This document shows, in pieces, positions 49,907 through 62,909 of a DNA stretch of 64,000 nucleotides; positions within the stretch are counted from its first letter, which is position 1; each line of letters opens with the position of its first letter. A program made the translations under genes and the position numbers. The notes under the pieces are model-generated. The model made no database searches. It had not been told where the DNA came from and worked only from the letters and a program-made list of their open reading frames with translations. The DNA comes from Cetorhinus maximus. Lineage: Eukaryota. The stretch lies in NCBI RefSeq assembly GCF_964194155.1, contig NC_135903.1, forward strand, positions 11,036,001 to 11,100,000. The letters run 5' to 3'.

Positions 49907-50752
49907 GACTTATGAACAAGGACACCTGGGTCCCTTTGGACATCAACATTTCTCAATCTCTCCCCATTTAAGAAATACTCTGCATTTTTGTTTTTCCTCC
50001 CAAAATGGATAACTTCACATTTTTCCACATTGCATTCCATCTACCATGTTCTTGCCCACTCACTGAGCTTCTCTAAATCCTTTGAAGCCTCTTTGCATCC
50101 TCCTCACAACTCACATTTCCATCTAGTTTTATGTCACCAGCAAATTTGGAAATATTACATTTGGCCCCCACATCCAAATCATTGATAAAGATTGTGAATA
50201 ACTGGGGCCCAAGCACTGATCCTTACAGCACCCCACTAGTCACAGCCTGCCAACCTGTGAATGAGTCATTTCTTCCTACCCTTTGTTTTCTGTCTGTTAA
50301 CCAATTTTCAATTTGTGCCAGTGTGTTACCCCCTGTCCCATGTGCTCTAATTTGCTTACTAACTTCCTGTGTGGAACCTTATTCAAAGCCTTCTGAAAAT
50401 CCAAATACACCACATTCACTGATTCCTCCTTCTACGTTCTGCTAGTTACATCCTCAAAAAACTCTAGCAGGTTTGTCAAACATGATTACCCTTTCACAAA
50501 TCCACTCTGACTCTGCCCAATCCTACTATCATTTTCTTAGTGCCCAGTTATCACATCCTTTATAATCGATTCTAGCAATTTCCCTATTACTAATGTCAGG
50601 CTAACATGTCTGTAGTTTCCCATTTTCTCTCTCCCTCCTTTCTTAAATAGTGGGGTTACATTTGCTACCTTTCAATCTGCAAGAACTGTTCCAGAATCTT
50701 TAGAATTTTGGAAGACAACCACCAAATGCATCCACCATCTCTACAGCCATTT
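49907..50752 (-). mobile_element. CR1 LINE (host copy), continuation towards the 5' end
   Basis: NVEKCEVIHFGRKN...RDPGVLVHKS joins in frame to LKTNMQLQQ at 47353. Confidence 0.88.
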
Positions 50753-51049
50753 ATTGACTTTTGTCACTAACTTCTAAGAATGAGAAAGTTACACTGATAA
50801 TGTGAGATGAGGAAGGATAGGAAGAAGATTGTGTGGAGCAGAAGCACCAGCACAGATCAATTGGGCCAAGTGGCCTATTTCTGCGCTCCTCTTGGAACTT
50901 GTTCTCAGGTTTCCATTGGTTGCTGCACAGTAAGGATGATGGCCCAGAACTGGAACTATTTTTATGAGTATCAATACACTTCAGAGATGTGTAATGATAA
51001 ACTACCACCGAGCAAAAGTCGGAAAGATTAGGAACAACAATCATGAGCT

Positions 51050-52012
51050 TGGCCACGCAGGTAGATTTTAAGAAGGCGCCCAGAGGAGGAGAGCGAGGTG
51101 AAGAAATGGAAAGGTATAGCAGAGGCAATTCCAGTGAAAGGCATGCCTTCCAATAGTGGAGTGAAATGATTAAAGGAAGGGAAGCACAAGAGGCTGTAGT
51201 TAGAGAAACAAAGAGCTTCACTTCTGTATATCTGTCTTTATCTCATTGTGAATAATTTACATTGTGTATCAATATTCTAACAGTTTTAACTCATTTCCTG
51301 GGGTCAGAAAGATTTTGCAGCAGCTTTTCCTTTTGGCATTTTTTTTAGGAAACATTTCAATTAGAGTAGAAAAAAGTAGAGTTGATTTGGGGGGAATTCC
51401 ACAGCTTTGGGCCCAAGCTACTTAGCTGGCAATGGTGGAGTGATGAAAATCAAGGATGTGTTATAGGTGAGCATTGGAGAATTGCAGAGACCTTGGAGTG
51501 TCATGGAGTTGGCGGAGGTTTCAGACATAGGGAGGGATGAGGCCATGGAGGGATTTGTATACAAGGGTGAGAATTTTAAATTCAAGGCATTGCTAGACTA
51601 GGAGCCAATGTGGGTCAGCGAGCACAGGGGTGAAGGGTGAATTGGACTTGGTGTGAGTTACGATACAGGCAGCAGAGTTTTAGATGAGCCCACGTTTACA
51701 GAAAGGGGGTGGAAGGTGGGAGACCAGCAATGAGAGGATTGAAATAATCAAGAATAGAAATAACAAAGGCAGCAATGAGGGTTTCAGCAACAGATGAGCT
51801 GAGGCAGGGATGGAGATAAGTGATATTACAAAGATAGGAGTAGGAGGTCTTGGTGATGAAGAGGCTGGAATCTCAACTTGGGTCAAATAGGATGTCAGAT
51901 TTGTGAACAGTTTGGTTCAGCCTCAGATAGTGGCCAGGGACTGGGATGAAGTCAACGACTAGGAAGCAGAATTTGTGGCAAGACCCAATAGCTTCAGTCT
52001 TTCCAATATTTA
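51050..52012 (-). mobile_element. Decayed L2 LINE fragments
   Basis: Homologous to 54745-55495 (e.g. catggagggatttg...aagggtgagaattttaaattcaaggc); reverse translation resembles the L2 RT 3' region. Confidence 0.65.
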
Positions 52013-53549
52013 ACTGGACCCTGTGCTCTGATGAAGGATTTACACATGAAATCTTAACTTGTTCTCATCACAGATCCTGACAGTGAACATAGTGTTTCAG
52101 CCAACTTCTTCCCTTAACTATCATTACCAGAAACATATTAACTGGTCATTCTCATCTGTGTGCTTTCTGGGGCACACAGATGTGTGTGCAAATTGGCTGT
52201 TGTGTTTGCATACACATCAAGAATGACTGCACTTCAAAAAGGTTTAATTGCTTGTTGAACCTGATAAGGTGCTATATAAATGCAAGTTCTTTCATTAGCC
52301 AGGAATTTGTTGGAGGTGTGATACGTCCTACTGTGTTAGTTGATGTCAGGCTTGTATGTGTCATAGACCATTATGTATTACTCCCTTTTACACGACCAAT
52401 TGTTTGAAATTCAGATTATATTGAATGGAATTTACCCAATCAGCTCGGCACTGTTTATTGTTAACATTTTCTTTGAACTCGTACATACATTGGACAGGGA
52501 TCAGATTGCAAGTCTGACAGCATATGCTCGCATTTTCCTTTAGGGAGATAAATGGCAGACATTAGAATCAGGCCATTGCATCTCAACTCTAATCTCCATG
52601 CTGCATAGTCTGATAACTAGCATCTGGATGTCAGTATCTTTTGCTTCCATTGAAACTTTTTTTTCCCAGCTTTGTTCTCTGCTCTCTTAAATGCTGGATA
52701 ATGGTTCTACCAGCAACTTACCCAAGTGGTTATGCTTCACGTGGGAGCCTCGCTAATGAGTGCCAGCTAGGTTATTTTTTATATTCTTTCACTGGATGTA
52801 GGTGTCGCTGGCTAGGCCAACATTTATTGCCCATCCCTAATTGCCTTTGACAGGAGAAGATATCACAGCTGGTCCTATCTTCACCCAATGTCAAGAAAAA
52901 ATGAAGGAAAGGAAAAGAAAGAATGAAAGAACAAAAGAAAGAAAGAATTTGGATTTATAGAGTGTCTTTCATGACCTCAGGATATCTCAGAGCACTTTGC
53001 AACCAAAAAAGTATTTTTTGAAGTATGGTCACTGTCATATTGCATGCTGAAACACAGGCCTGAGTTACATTGTATGATTTGTGCCATCACGACCAATCTG
53101 AGTTTATACAAGAAATATAACTTCATTGGTATAGCAGAGGCCAGTATAAAGGTGACACTAGGACATATGCATTTTTTCATCTAGTCTGGAAGCAGAGCAA
53201 GAAATCTACATTAAGTGCTCAGGACATTTAAACTTGTAAGTGTATGCAAGCTTACGTGGTTTGAAAGAATGCTCTTCATTCTCTGTTTCATTCTGTAGTT
53301 GAAACAAGAATTTGTAATTTTAGATTTGTTTATGTATGGTCTGCTGCACTGACTGACGTAGGTGTCAAACTATCTGTTCCCAAGCACTATATTTTTTGCC
53401 TTGCGGGTGAAGAAAAACTTCTTTTCTAATCTACTTATATCACTAGTGCCAGCGTTGTAAACAAAGCAATGCTAATAACTCAGGGTGAAGCTAAACCACC
53501 TCAAGCTATTGGCCTGGATTTTATCTCCAGGCAGGTTTTGATGAGAAAG

Positions 53550-53995
53550 ATGAAAGAGATTTGCATTTATGTAGCACCTGTCACAACCACCAGCGATCCC
53601 AAAGAGCTTTACAGTTAATGACGTTACTTTTTGAAGCGCACTCAATATCGTGATGTAGGAAACGTGGCAGCTAATTTGCATATAATAAACACCCACAAAC
53701 AAATAATGAGAAAGTAATCTGTTTTTATGATGTTGATTGAGCGATAAATATTGGCCATGACACCAAGGATAACTCCTCTGTTCTTCTTCAAAACAGTGCC
53801 AAAGGATATTTTGTGCCCACTGAGAGGGCAATCTAGGTCTCTGTTTAAAGTCTCATTCAAAAGATGGCACCTCTGACATTGCAGCATTCCCTCAGTACTG
53901 TACTGGGGTGTCAGCCTAGATTTTGTACTCAAGTCTTGGAGCAGCACTGAATTCATAACCTTTTCACTCGGAGACGAGAGTGCTACCAACTGACA
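53550..53995 (-). mobile_element. tRNA-derived Deu-like SINE, near full length
   Basis: Core ggcacctctgacattgcagcattccctcagtactg...gtcagcctaga shared with the other copies. Confidence 0.8.
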
Positions 53996-54744
53996 CTTGG
54001 CTATTATTAAAATGATGGCATAATGCATTGCAGTTTGACTTTGTTTATCATGCAGTAAAGTTATGACAGAATAACTGACCAGGTTTGTTTCCTTATTTTT
54101 GCTCCTGCAATTTTCTAACCACCTCTAATTGTGCTTTGTGTTTAGTTCTACTGATACGAGTCACTTTCTAGTGCTTTGCCCAAGCAGCCACCTTCAGTGC
54201 CTGATAAAGGTATTCATCCATGTGTGGCATCACAGTTGAGCAGCATCTTGTTCTCGCCCAATACAACTTAATGGGAGTCACTGAAGATTGATCATGAGCA
54301 GCACTGAGGATAAAACAAGTGCCAGAATTTACAGTCTGGCTGACATCAGGTTAATCAATACAGACTGGGGATCAGGCTTGAGACTTTAGTTATCTACATG
54401 ACTCACTTTCATGCTGGATAGAGGAGTTAATGAACAACGCCATCGTAGAACTGTGGTTAAACTTTTCAGTGCTAAGTTTCTACAGCTGCATGAAAAAATG
54501 CACATCTGTTTTCTGACCTACACCATCTCAAAAACTCATGGTAACCTAACCACCTCTGAACTTCCCGTTACTCTCTCTGTTACTCTTCTAAGCTGAACAC
54601 GCCAGACAGAACCAAAGAACTGACATAATCTAGACTTAACAGGGATAATTTTGACTTTGAGTGATATTGTAAAGCAGGTGATGCTGATCGAGCTACCTGT
54701 TCTACATTGCTCTTGATTTCCGTTTCCACTGAAATTAACAGAAA

Positions 54745-55495
54745 TAAAACAACAGCTTGTATTTATATAACACCTTTAATGCAATAAAACATCCCAAGGC
54801 ACTTCACAGAAGCATTACAAAATAAAACATGATACCAAGACGCAGACGAGATCTGAAGGAAGATGATCAAAAGCTTGATCAAAAAGGTAGATTTTAAGGA
54901 GTATCGTAAAGGAGGAAAGTGAAGTAAAGAAGAGGAGAGGCGTAAGGAGGGAATTTCAGAGCTTAGGGCCTTGTCAACTGAAAGCAAGGCTAGCAATAGT
55001 GGAGGTATTAAAATCCATATTGCTCAAGAGACCAGAATTAGAGGAATGCAGATAACTCAGAAGGTTGTAAGGTGGGAGGAGGTTACAGAGATAGGGAGGG
55101 AGTAGGTCATGGAGGGATTTGAAAACAAGGATGAGGATTTTAAAATCAAGGTGTTGTTTAATTAGGAGCTAGTGTAGGTCAGCGAGCACAGGATTGATAG
55201 GTGAACAGTTTTGGTGCAAGTTAGGACACAGGCAGCAATGTTTTGGATGATCTCAAGTTTACGGAAGGTAGAATGTGGGGAGCTGGCCAGAAGTGCATTA
55301 GAAGAGTCAAGTCTGGACGTAAGAAAGGCATGGATGAGGATTTCAGTATCACTCCACTGAGAGAGGAGTGGAGATGGACAATGTTTCAGAGGTCGGGATA
55401 GGTGTCTTAGTCACAGCTTGGATATGTGGTTGAAAGCTCATCTCAGGGTTAAAAAATGGCACCAAGATTGCTAACAGTCTGGTTCAGCCTCAGCC
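54745..55495 (-). mobile_element. L2 LINE 3' fragment
   Basis: 3' tail cttgtatttatataacacctt shared with the SINE tails, followed by L2-like ORF2 remnants. Confidence 0.7.
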
Positions 55496-55630
55496 TCAGG
55501 AGTGGTATTTATTAGGCAGCTGAACTGATAACGTCAGTTTTAGACAACACCAAAGTCAAAATTCCTTTCGATAGTTCATGCAGAAAACCCAATGTCATAC
55601 TAATATTTAAATTCAAGGGGATCAGAGACA

Positions 55631-55861
55631 AAAACAAAATACTGCAGATGCTGGAAACCTGAAAAAAAAAAATTATTGCTGGAAAAACTCAGCAGGTCTG
55701 ACAGCGCCTATGGAGATAAAGACAGAGCCAACGCTTCAAGTCCAGATGACTCTTCTTCTCTTCTTCTGAAGAAGAGTCATCTGGATTCGAAGCGTTGGTT
55801 CTGTCTTTTTCTCCACAGGCGCTGTCAGACTTGCTGAGTTTTTCCAGCAATTTTTGTTTTT
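55631..55861. mobile_element. Non-autonomous palindromic element (probably Penelope-derived) flanked by a 12-bp TSD GGATCAGAGACA
   Basis: 84-bp inverted arms at 55675-55758 and 55768-55851 (78/84 complementary); direct repeats at 55619-55630 and 55862-55873. Confidence 0.8.
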
Positions 55862-56014
55862 GGATCAGAGACATGTGGATCACTTAATAGGTTACATATA
55901 ATAATCAAGTCAGGGCTAACATTAAAACAATTTGATTAGTCTCTTTATTTTGATAAATTTTTAAATATTAATATAGTGAGGATGCTGGCATCATGGGAGA
56001 GACAGGCTAATTCT

Positions 56015-56265
56015 ACCTCTGTAACACTGCCTGTTTTTACCCATGCCTCCGCCCTTCTGAAGCTGAAATCCTCATCCATGCCTTTGTTACCTCCAGACTT
56101 GATTATTCTAATGAACCCATGTCCGGCCTCCTATATTCTACCTTCTGTAAACTTGAGATCATTCAAAACCCTATTGCCTGTGTCCTAACTTGCACCACAT
56201 ACTGTTTACCCATCACCCCTGTGTTCGCTGACCTAAACTGGCTCCTAGTTAAACAATGTCTCGAA
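56015..56265 (+). mobile_element. L2 LINE fragment
   Basis: ctgaaatcctcatccatgcctttgttacctccagacttgatt is the reverse complement of part of the 54745-55495 copy. Confidence 0.65.
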
Positions 56266-58154
56266 TGGGAGGAGATACTGAATCAAACTCTAGACTGCCT
56301 CATTCATCTCATGAACCTACCAAGAACTCTGGGAGGCATAATAATAATTCAACAAAGTCTGTTCCATTGTTTAAAAACAGATTCCTCTAATTTTCTACCC
56401 TTTTCTCAAGAAAGCAACTGATAATGCATGCTCTTTCTAAACTATTCCTCTATTGGCAACAGCAAACCTCTGCTGCCTTATCCAAGTGATCATTCTTCCA
56501 ACGTGAGCCTTTTAGGCATTGCCTGAGAGCAAGCTATTCGACAGAAGGAGGCATCACAACTAGCTATTCTTCACTCAACATTCACACACAAACTTTTCAG
56601 TTGAGGTCACTGAATGGCGATCAAAAATATCAAGAATTGCCTGATTCCTTCCCCTTTCTCTTCCCTAGGCCAAAGACACAGAGGTTAATTTTAGCACCAT
56701 AAAATCAGGTGTACAGAGATCAACTAACTCAATACGGACCAGAAACTGTACTTAGGACTTTGCTGCTTTGTGTGGCATAGAACCACAGCATGCATTTATC
56801 AGCTGAGCTGTTATTACTCTACTGGGGTTGAAATCGTGCTTTATTACATTAGGAATGAATGGAATGCACTTGTGTGAAATTCTTTTGACTGGCCTTTAAA
56901 TGAAGGCGTTAGTATGTTTATTCTAAATGGGTTAACATCTTGACTAGAACATCAGACAGAGGAATTTCATATGACATGCTAGCAACATTTGTAACTGATA
57001 ATTCACAATGCAAATTTGGCCAGTGTGCAACAATCAATCAGACCAGGTATTTTGCTGAAATTGCTAAAATTTTACTCTAAATCTGGGAGATGCAGTAAGA
57101 GTTAAAGTATAGCCCACCATGAAAAATCTTAATATAACAGTTACTGTGGAAATTAAAGGGAGAGAACATTTTAGATTTAAAACAATTTACATTTCCTATG
57201 AACTGTAAGCACCAAATCTCAAATGCTTTATGCTTAGATGAGGGGAAAAAGAATCCTTTTCATTTTCTTATCTTCTTCGCACAGGCTTGCTATGCTGACA
57301 AGAGAGAGATGCCAGGCAGACAGAGCACTCCACAGGGCATTCTCTCTCCTTTCCACAACACATGGAGGATCAGCTGAACAGCCAACAGATGAGATATCTC
57401 ATGAGTTGACAGTGCTTCTAGAGGGGCAATGGACAGGATGACAGGCACTCCAGAACGGTGTCATCAGGACTAGTCGTCCTTATGTGTTGAGAGACTACCA
57501 CCTGCTGAGAAATCCTAACAGACAGGACAGAGGGACACAGTCACCTCTGACAGGGCCTCAAGTGGAGTAATCCTACACTCTGGGTTTAAATGTGAAAAGC
57601 TTTCTTTTAAGACAGATACATTTGCTCTTGAGATATGGGTGAGGCTGGTGAAGCTGCATTTATTGCCCTGAGGGCATAAAGAATCAATGTGGGACTGGCA
57701 TCACTTGTAAACCAGATGAAGTAGAAGTGGCAAGTTCCCTTTCCTGATTTAATAAACTTAATGTCCCAATGGGATTTGAATTTACAATCTCTAGGTCCAG
57801 CACCACACCCACTAGGTTTCCATACCCTATCGCTATAAGATCTTCCAGCCTTAAACCCTCAGAGATCTCTGTGCTCCTCCAATGCTGGCCTCTTCTATCT
57901 TCCCAATTTCAACTGTTCTAGCTTTAGCAGCCATGCCTTCTGCTGCCAAGGCCCTCTAAGAGAAGCCATTGTGCAATACTAACAGTGGTATGATGCCACT
58001 GGAAGAGAAACATTTGCTGTTTTGAGTTTAACTGCCCATTTGCCCCTCACATGAAGCTGTATCATTTACACATAAATAATGAAGACACCACTATCCTCAC
58101 TGCTATTTTGACAGAAAACTCTGGCCCATTTATGTTTTTAAACTTGCATAGCAT

Positions 58155-58668
58155 CTTAGAAGCAGTTCAAAGGAGGTCCACTTGATTGATTTTTGGGATG
58201 AGAGGGTTATCTTATGAAGAAAGGTTGGACAGGCTGGGCCAGTATCCATTGGGGTTTAGAAGATTGAGAGGTGATCTTATTGCAACACATAAGACCCTGA
58301 GGGGACTTGACTGGGTGGATGCTAAAAGGATGTTTCCCCTCCTGGGAGAGACTAGAATTAGGAGGCATAGATTAAAAATAAAGGGTCTCCCATTTAAGAC
58401 AGAGATGAGAAGAAATTTTTTCTCTTAGAGGGTCATGAATCTTTGGAACTCTCTTCCCCGGAGCGAGGTGGAGGCAGGATCATTGAGTATTTTTAAGGCA
58501 GAGGCGGATAGATTCTTGACTAACAAGGAAGTCAAAGGTTATTGGGAGTAGGCGGAATGTGGAGTTGAGGCCACAATCAGATCAGCCATGATCTCATTGA
58601 CAGAGCAGGCTTGAAGGGCCGAATGGTCTACTCCTGCTCCTAATTTGTGTGCTTGTATGTTTGTATGT
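58155..58668 (+). mobile_element. CR1 LINE 3' fragment with a tandem-repeat tail
   Basis: GMRGLSYEERLDRLGQYPLGFRRLRGDLI...FKTEMRRNFFS; 3' UTR gggccgaatggtctactcctgctcct and a (ttgtatgt) tail. Confidence 0.9.
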
Positions 58669-60984
58669 ATCTCCTCCCTATATAGGATCAGTTGGTAAAT
58701 GAGGAACTGAATCACAAATGCTGGACAATTTGCAGCTTCAATCCTTGATATGTGTTGACTTACTTAATCACAGTTGAGGTTGTATTAAATGAGATTTGGT
58801 TAGCTTCCACACTTGTGGATCATGGAGTGGATAAAACAGCTAATGTTTCAGCTCCATATCAGTTACTGCTGATGCTTGATGCCTGAATTGAGTCCTGATG
58901 TGATGCACACCATTGCCGAACAACTTGCTGGTACTTACTATCTAGGCTCATACATAAAGTGTGAACATTTGACCAAAGGTAGCCAGTACCTGTGGAACCA
59001 TATCCCAGCAAGAATCAGTCTCTTCTGGAAAACAGACAAGAAAATTGAGGCAGAAAATGAAACAGATTTAAACGCAGAGGAAATACTGTTTGTTGTTACA
59101 CAGGCACAGAAATCTACTTTATTCAATGAGAAAGTGGCACTTGGTTGAAAAATGAATAAAGAGACAACTGATGTACTACTAAGTCAACCAAAGAGAAAGC
59201 ACATCCCAGATTCAATTGATTGTCTGTGCTGAACTAACTTATCTCAGTTGAGGTAGTGAATGCAGAGTCTTACAGTCTATGGCAGCTAGGGAAGGGGGGA
59301 ACAAAACATTATCCAATAATTTCATTGGGATGATAACTGTGCAAGAACAAATTGGGGTTACTTGTGCTGCCTCCAAGTTTGAACATCCCATGGGAATTAC
59401 TGGCCAAACCTGGAAATGACGAGTGGCAATTCCAACAGAACTAAGGTTGCTGGAGCTTGTGGAACTGCTTTTCTGAGAGCCAACAAGATTAGGGAAGACA
59501 GGAGGGAATTAAGCCAGTGCTCTTTAAATGATGCCTGGACTACATAAGAAAATCTAGAATTCTACAAGCAATTGTTTTCTTATAACCCTGAAATGGAAGA
59601 CACAAGACGCTTAATTGGTATACCATCCTCTGGGACATGGTCGAAGCATCTTCATCTGTTGTTAGTATAAACAAAGAAAAAAGCCACCCCTGATTGGCAG
59701 CATAGCCCTCTGCGTCACATCCCAGGCACCAAGGCCATATCAGTTATCTGCACACAATGTTCTTGCTGCCCATGAAGCTCATCAAAGACAGTGTCAGCAT
59801 TTGGAACTCAGGTCCTTGCATACAAAAGCTTGAACCAGCAATGATTGAAAGAAAGGCCTTGAATTTATATAGTGCCATTCACAAGCTCAGGATCTCTCAA
59901 AGTGCTTTACAGCAAGTTGCTGTTGTTTTTATTGGTTGTGATGCTTCTCACTGCCAAATAGCCACTGATCCTCATTGTTCAGGCTCACAAATGAACAAAG
60001 AGCATTCAAAAAAGTGTCAAAAGATTACTCGATCATGAGACTGCAAGAGCCAGTGCCTTCAATAAATAAATTAAAAAGATTAGCAGAGTTGGTATTCAGA
60101 AAAATACAATTACATGATGTCATTCAAAAGAAATGCCAGAATGTTTGCTACAAATCTCACTTGACATTATTGCATTCGATTATCTCCCTTGCAACTTTAT
60201 CAAGACACGACTCAGCTGGTGGCATGCTCTGAAGAGCTATGACAAGACTTTAATCCACATGAACCTGAGGGCTTTGTATGGGTCAGGAGTGTGAGAACAC
60301 TTAAGGGTGCTGAGTGAGCAGGAGATAGCATGAAGAGGGAATGTGTATGTCACTCCACTTAAATGTAATTTATCTCTGGACTAATTTCTGGGTCATCTGG
60401 TAACAGTGGGCAGGTGAATTATTTAGAAGAATGTTCTCTGTGAATTGGGCAATTTTTCTTCAAAATGTTCAACTTGTCAGTTCCAATGAGGAGGTGCAAG
60501 TGCTTGGACACTCAACATTATCGTACATTATGTGAAATTATGTGGTGTGCCACCCTGGCAGAAATTTACCCTTCCAGCCCGCACCTTTAGGAGAGTGGGG
60601 AGTGGGGACTCTGAGAGGATGGGGGAAAAAGAAAAAGATTAACAAACATTTCTCTTTGTGAAGAAAAACCTTGATATTGGCATGCACACATGCTTCAGCT
60701 TGTTACTGCCATTAGCTCTCGCTCAAAATTGAGTCACAAATAGGTTTCATTCTTCAGTGATAAGGCTGCCTGACACTGTAATAGATGCTAATTTTTAGCT
60801 TTTGAATTGAAACATTGGAAAGGATGTTAAAAAGAGAAGCATAGACAAAATTGTGATGCAGCGAGCGCAGGGCTCCTGTGACACTATTCCATAAATGAGT
60901 ATTTTCAGTTGCACGTGACAAGGACATTCAGCAGCTAAATCAAAATTGGCTGAGAATTGAAGGCATTTTATTCAAGGCTGTGAT

Positions 60985-61405
60985 AGAAAGAAAGGCACAC
61001 ATTTATATAGCACCATTTGTGACTTCAGGGTGTCCCAAAGTACTTTTGAAGTGTAGTCACTGTTGTAATGTAGGAAACGCAACAGGTAATTAATGGATAG
61101 CAATCTCCCACAAACAGCAATATGGTAATGACCAGATACTCTATGTTGGCTGAGGTAAATATTAGATAAGATTCCCCTACTCTTCTTTGAGATAATACCA
61201 TGGGAGTTTTTCTCTAAACCTATGAGGGCAGACAGAGCTCACTTTAACATCTCATCTGAAAGACAGCGCATCTGACAGTGCAGCACTCCCTCAGTACTGC
61301 ACTGGGATTGTCAGCCTAGATTTTATACTCTAGTCTCTGTAGTGGGACTTGAACCCACAGCTTTCTGATTTAGGAGCAAAAGTGCTACAAACTGAGCCAC
61401 AGGTG
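60985..61405 (-). mobile_element. tRNA-derived Deu-like SINE, full length
   Basis: Reverse complement begins tgtggctcagtttgtagcac...gggttcaagtccc (box A and box B), then the shared core. Confidence 0.8.
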
Positions 61406-61895
61406 ACACAATGTAACTTAGCTTTAGGATTACCAAGTCTGGAATTGGAAAAGGGCTGGATTGGGGGTTTGGGGAGGGCGGGTGCGGGCGGTGGGGGACG
61501 GGCGGCGGTGGGGGAGGGAGAGGGGGTGTTAGAGCTGTGGATGCTTTTAACAGGACATTCTCCGTGAATTGGACAACTTCTCTTCAAAATGTTCAGCTTG
61601 TCAACTCCAGTGGTGAGGTGTTAATGTATCAGTGCTCAGCATTATCATACAGCCTGGGTTCTTACTTTAGTAATGACGAACATTTATTGAAAATTTTAAT
61701 AACTTTTATGAATAGATGTTTGGTATTATTGCTGATAAAAGACATTTTGTCAAAACTTTTCGTCTTGCACTCATCAGCATAATTGCAAGAATACCAATGT
61801 CAGGGGAGGCAACAACTTTATACTGTATAAGACTGCTGATTGGTTGGCAAGTGTCATCAAAGTATAATAGTTCTCATAACATTATTGTGATTTAT

Positions 61896-62765
61896 TGTAA
61901 AAGTAGGTAAATAGCAGGGTTTGGATAGTTTCTGTATGTGTGTGTGTGTGTGTGTGTGTGGGATTTAATTGAATTGGAGACAGCTTGTCTAGAGGCTTTG
62001 ACTCATCAAAAGAAGCTAGGTTTGAAATGCTGAATTAATAAACATGGCTGAAGTCTTAGAAGGTGAAGTGAGGGGAATTTGCATTTTTAGATAAATCAGG
62101 GTAGTTTGAATTTAAAAGAGATGGTAGGATTTTACACCTAGCCAGAGAAGCTAGGCCATGCAGTGCGTTTATTTTTCCCAAAGGTTACTGATGATATTAG
62201 CACCATAAAAAAATTTATATTATGAAAAAGGTAAAGTTCCAAAGACATATGGGAACAATGGGATTTACATTAAAAGGGAGAAATGTGTATAAAGGAGAAG
62301 ACGTTATGTGTCAGGGAAGGCATTGCAAGATCTACCATAAGTGTGAAAAGCCTCCAGTATTTCTGCATTAAGCTTGCTATCTACAGAAACCAAAGCTGGG
62401 AAAAGCCACTTTGAATTCTACTATCCAGGGTATTGCGTTGATTTGCCTGGATTTGTCTAAATCTATTTGTTTTTATTGTTGCTTTAACAGGGGTGTAACT
62501 GGAAGCCAGATTAATTGGGGGTTTTAGGAGTTATTATCGTAGTCATTTTTTGACCTATGTATGTGCTTGAAATCTTTTCATTTGTTAATAAATGCTTAAA
62601 TTAGTTTTCTTAAAAATCTCTAAAGTCTCGGTGGACTTATTACTACTGAATTCAGGGCATGCATCTCAAAATAAAATACAAATTGAAAAACTGTTGTGAC
62701 CACGTGATCAAGCTTCCCTCGTGGATTTGATCCGCCTGGCACACGTCATCTGCTGCATCATATCA
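61896..62765 (+). mobile_element. 5' LTR of a Gypsy-type LTR retrotransposon (contains a (TG)n tract at 61935-61960)
   Basis: Ends ...CA just before the PBS; internal AATAAA; the TGTAA start at 61896 is approximate. Confidence 0.6.
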
Positions 62766-62768
62766 AAT

Positions 62769-62787
62769 TGGGGGCTCTTTGCAGGAT
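62769..62787 (+). other. Primer-binding site, tRNA-Pro type (degenerate)
   Basis: TGGGGGCTCtttgcaGGAT compared with the canonical TGGGGGCTCGTCCGGGAT. Confidence 0.7.
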
Positions 62788-62909
62788 ATTTGAAATTCCT
62801 TGATTGGTTTGGAGTTGGTGAATCTTAAGGTTATGAGTGAAAGAAGCACTTTGAATTCAGGAGTTGGTGTGAGAGATTTTTAAAGTGGTGAGACTGCAAA
62901 AATGTATCC

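Noticed and set aside
61340-61402. tRNA-like sequence with A and B boxes
   Set aside because: It is the head of a SINE, continuous with the SINE core, not a tRNA gene
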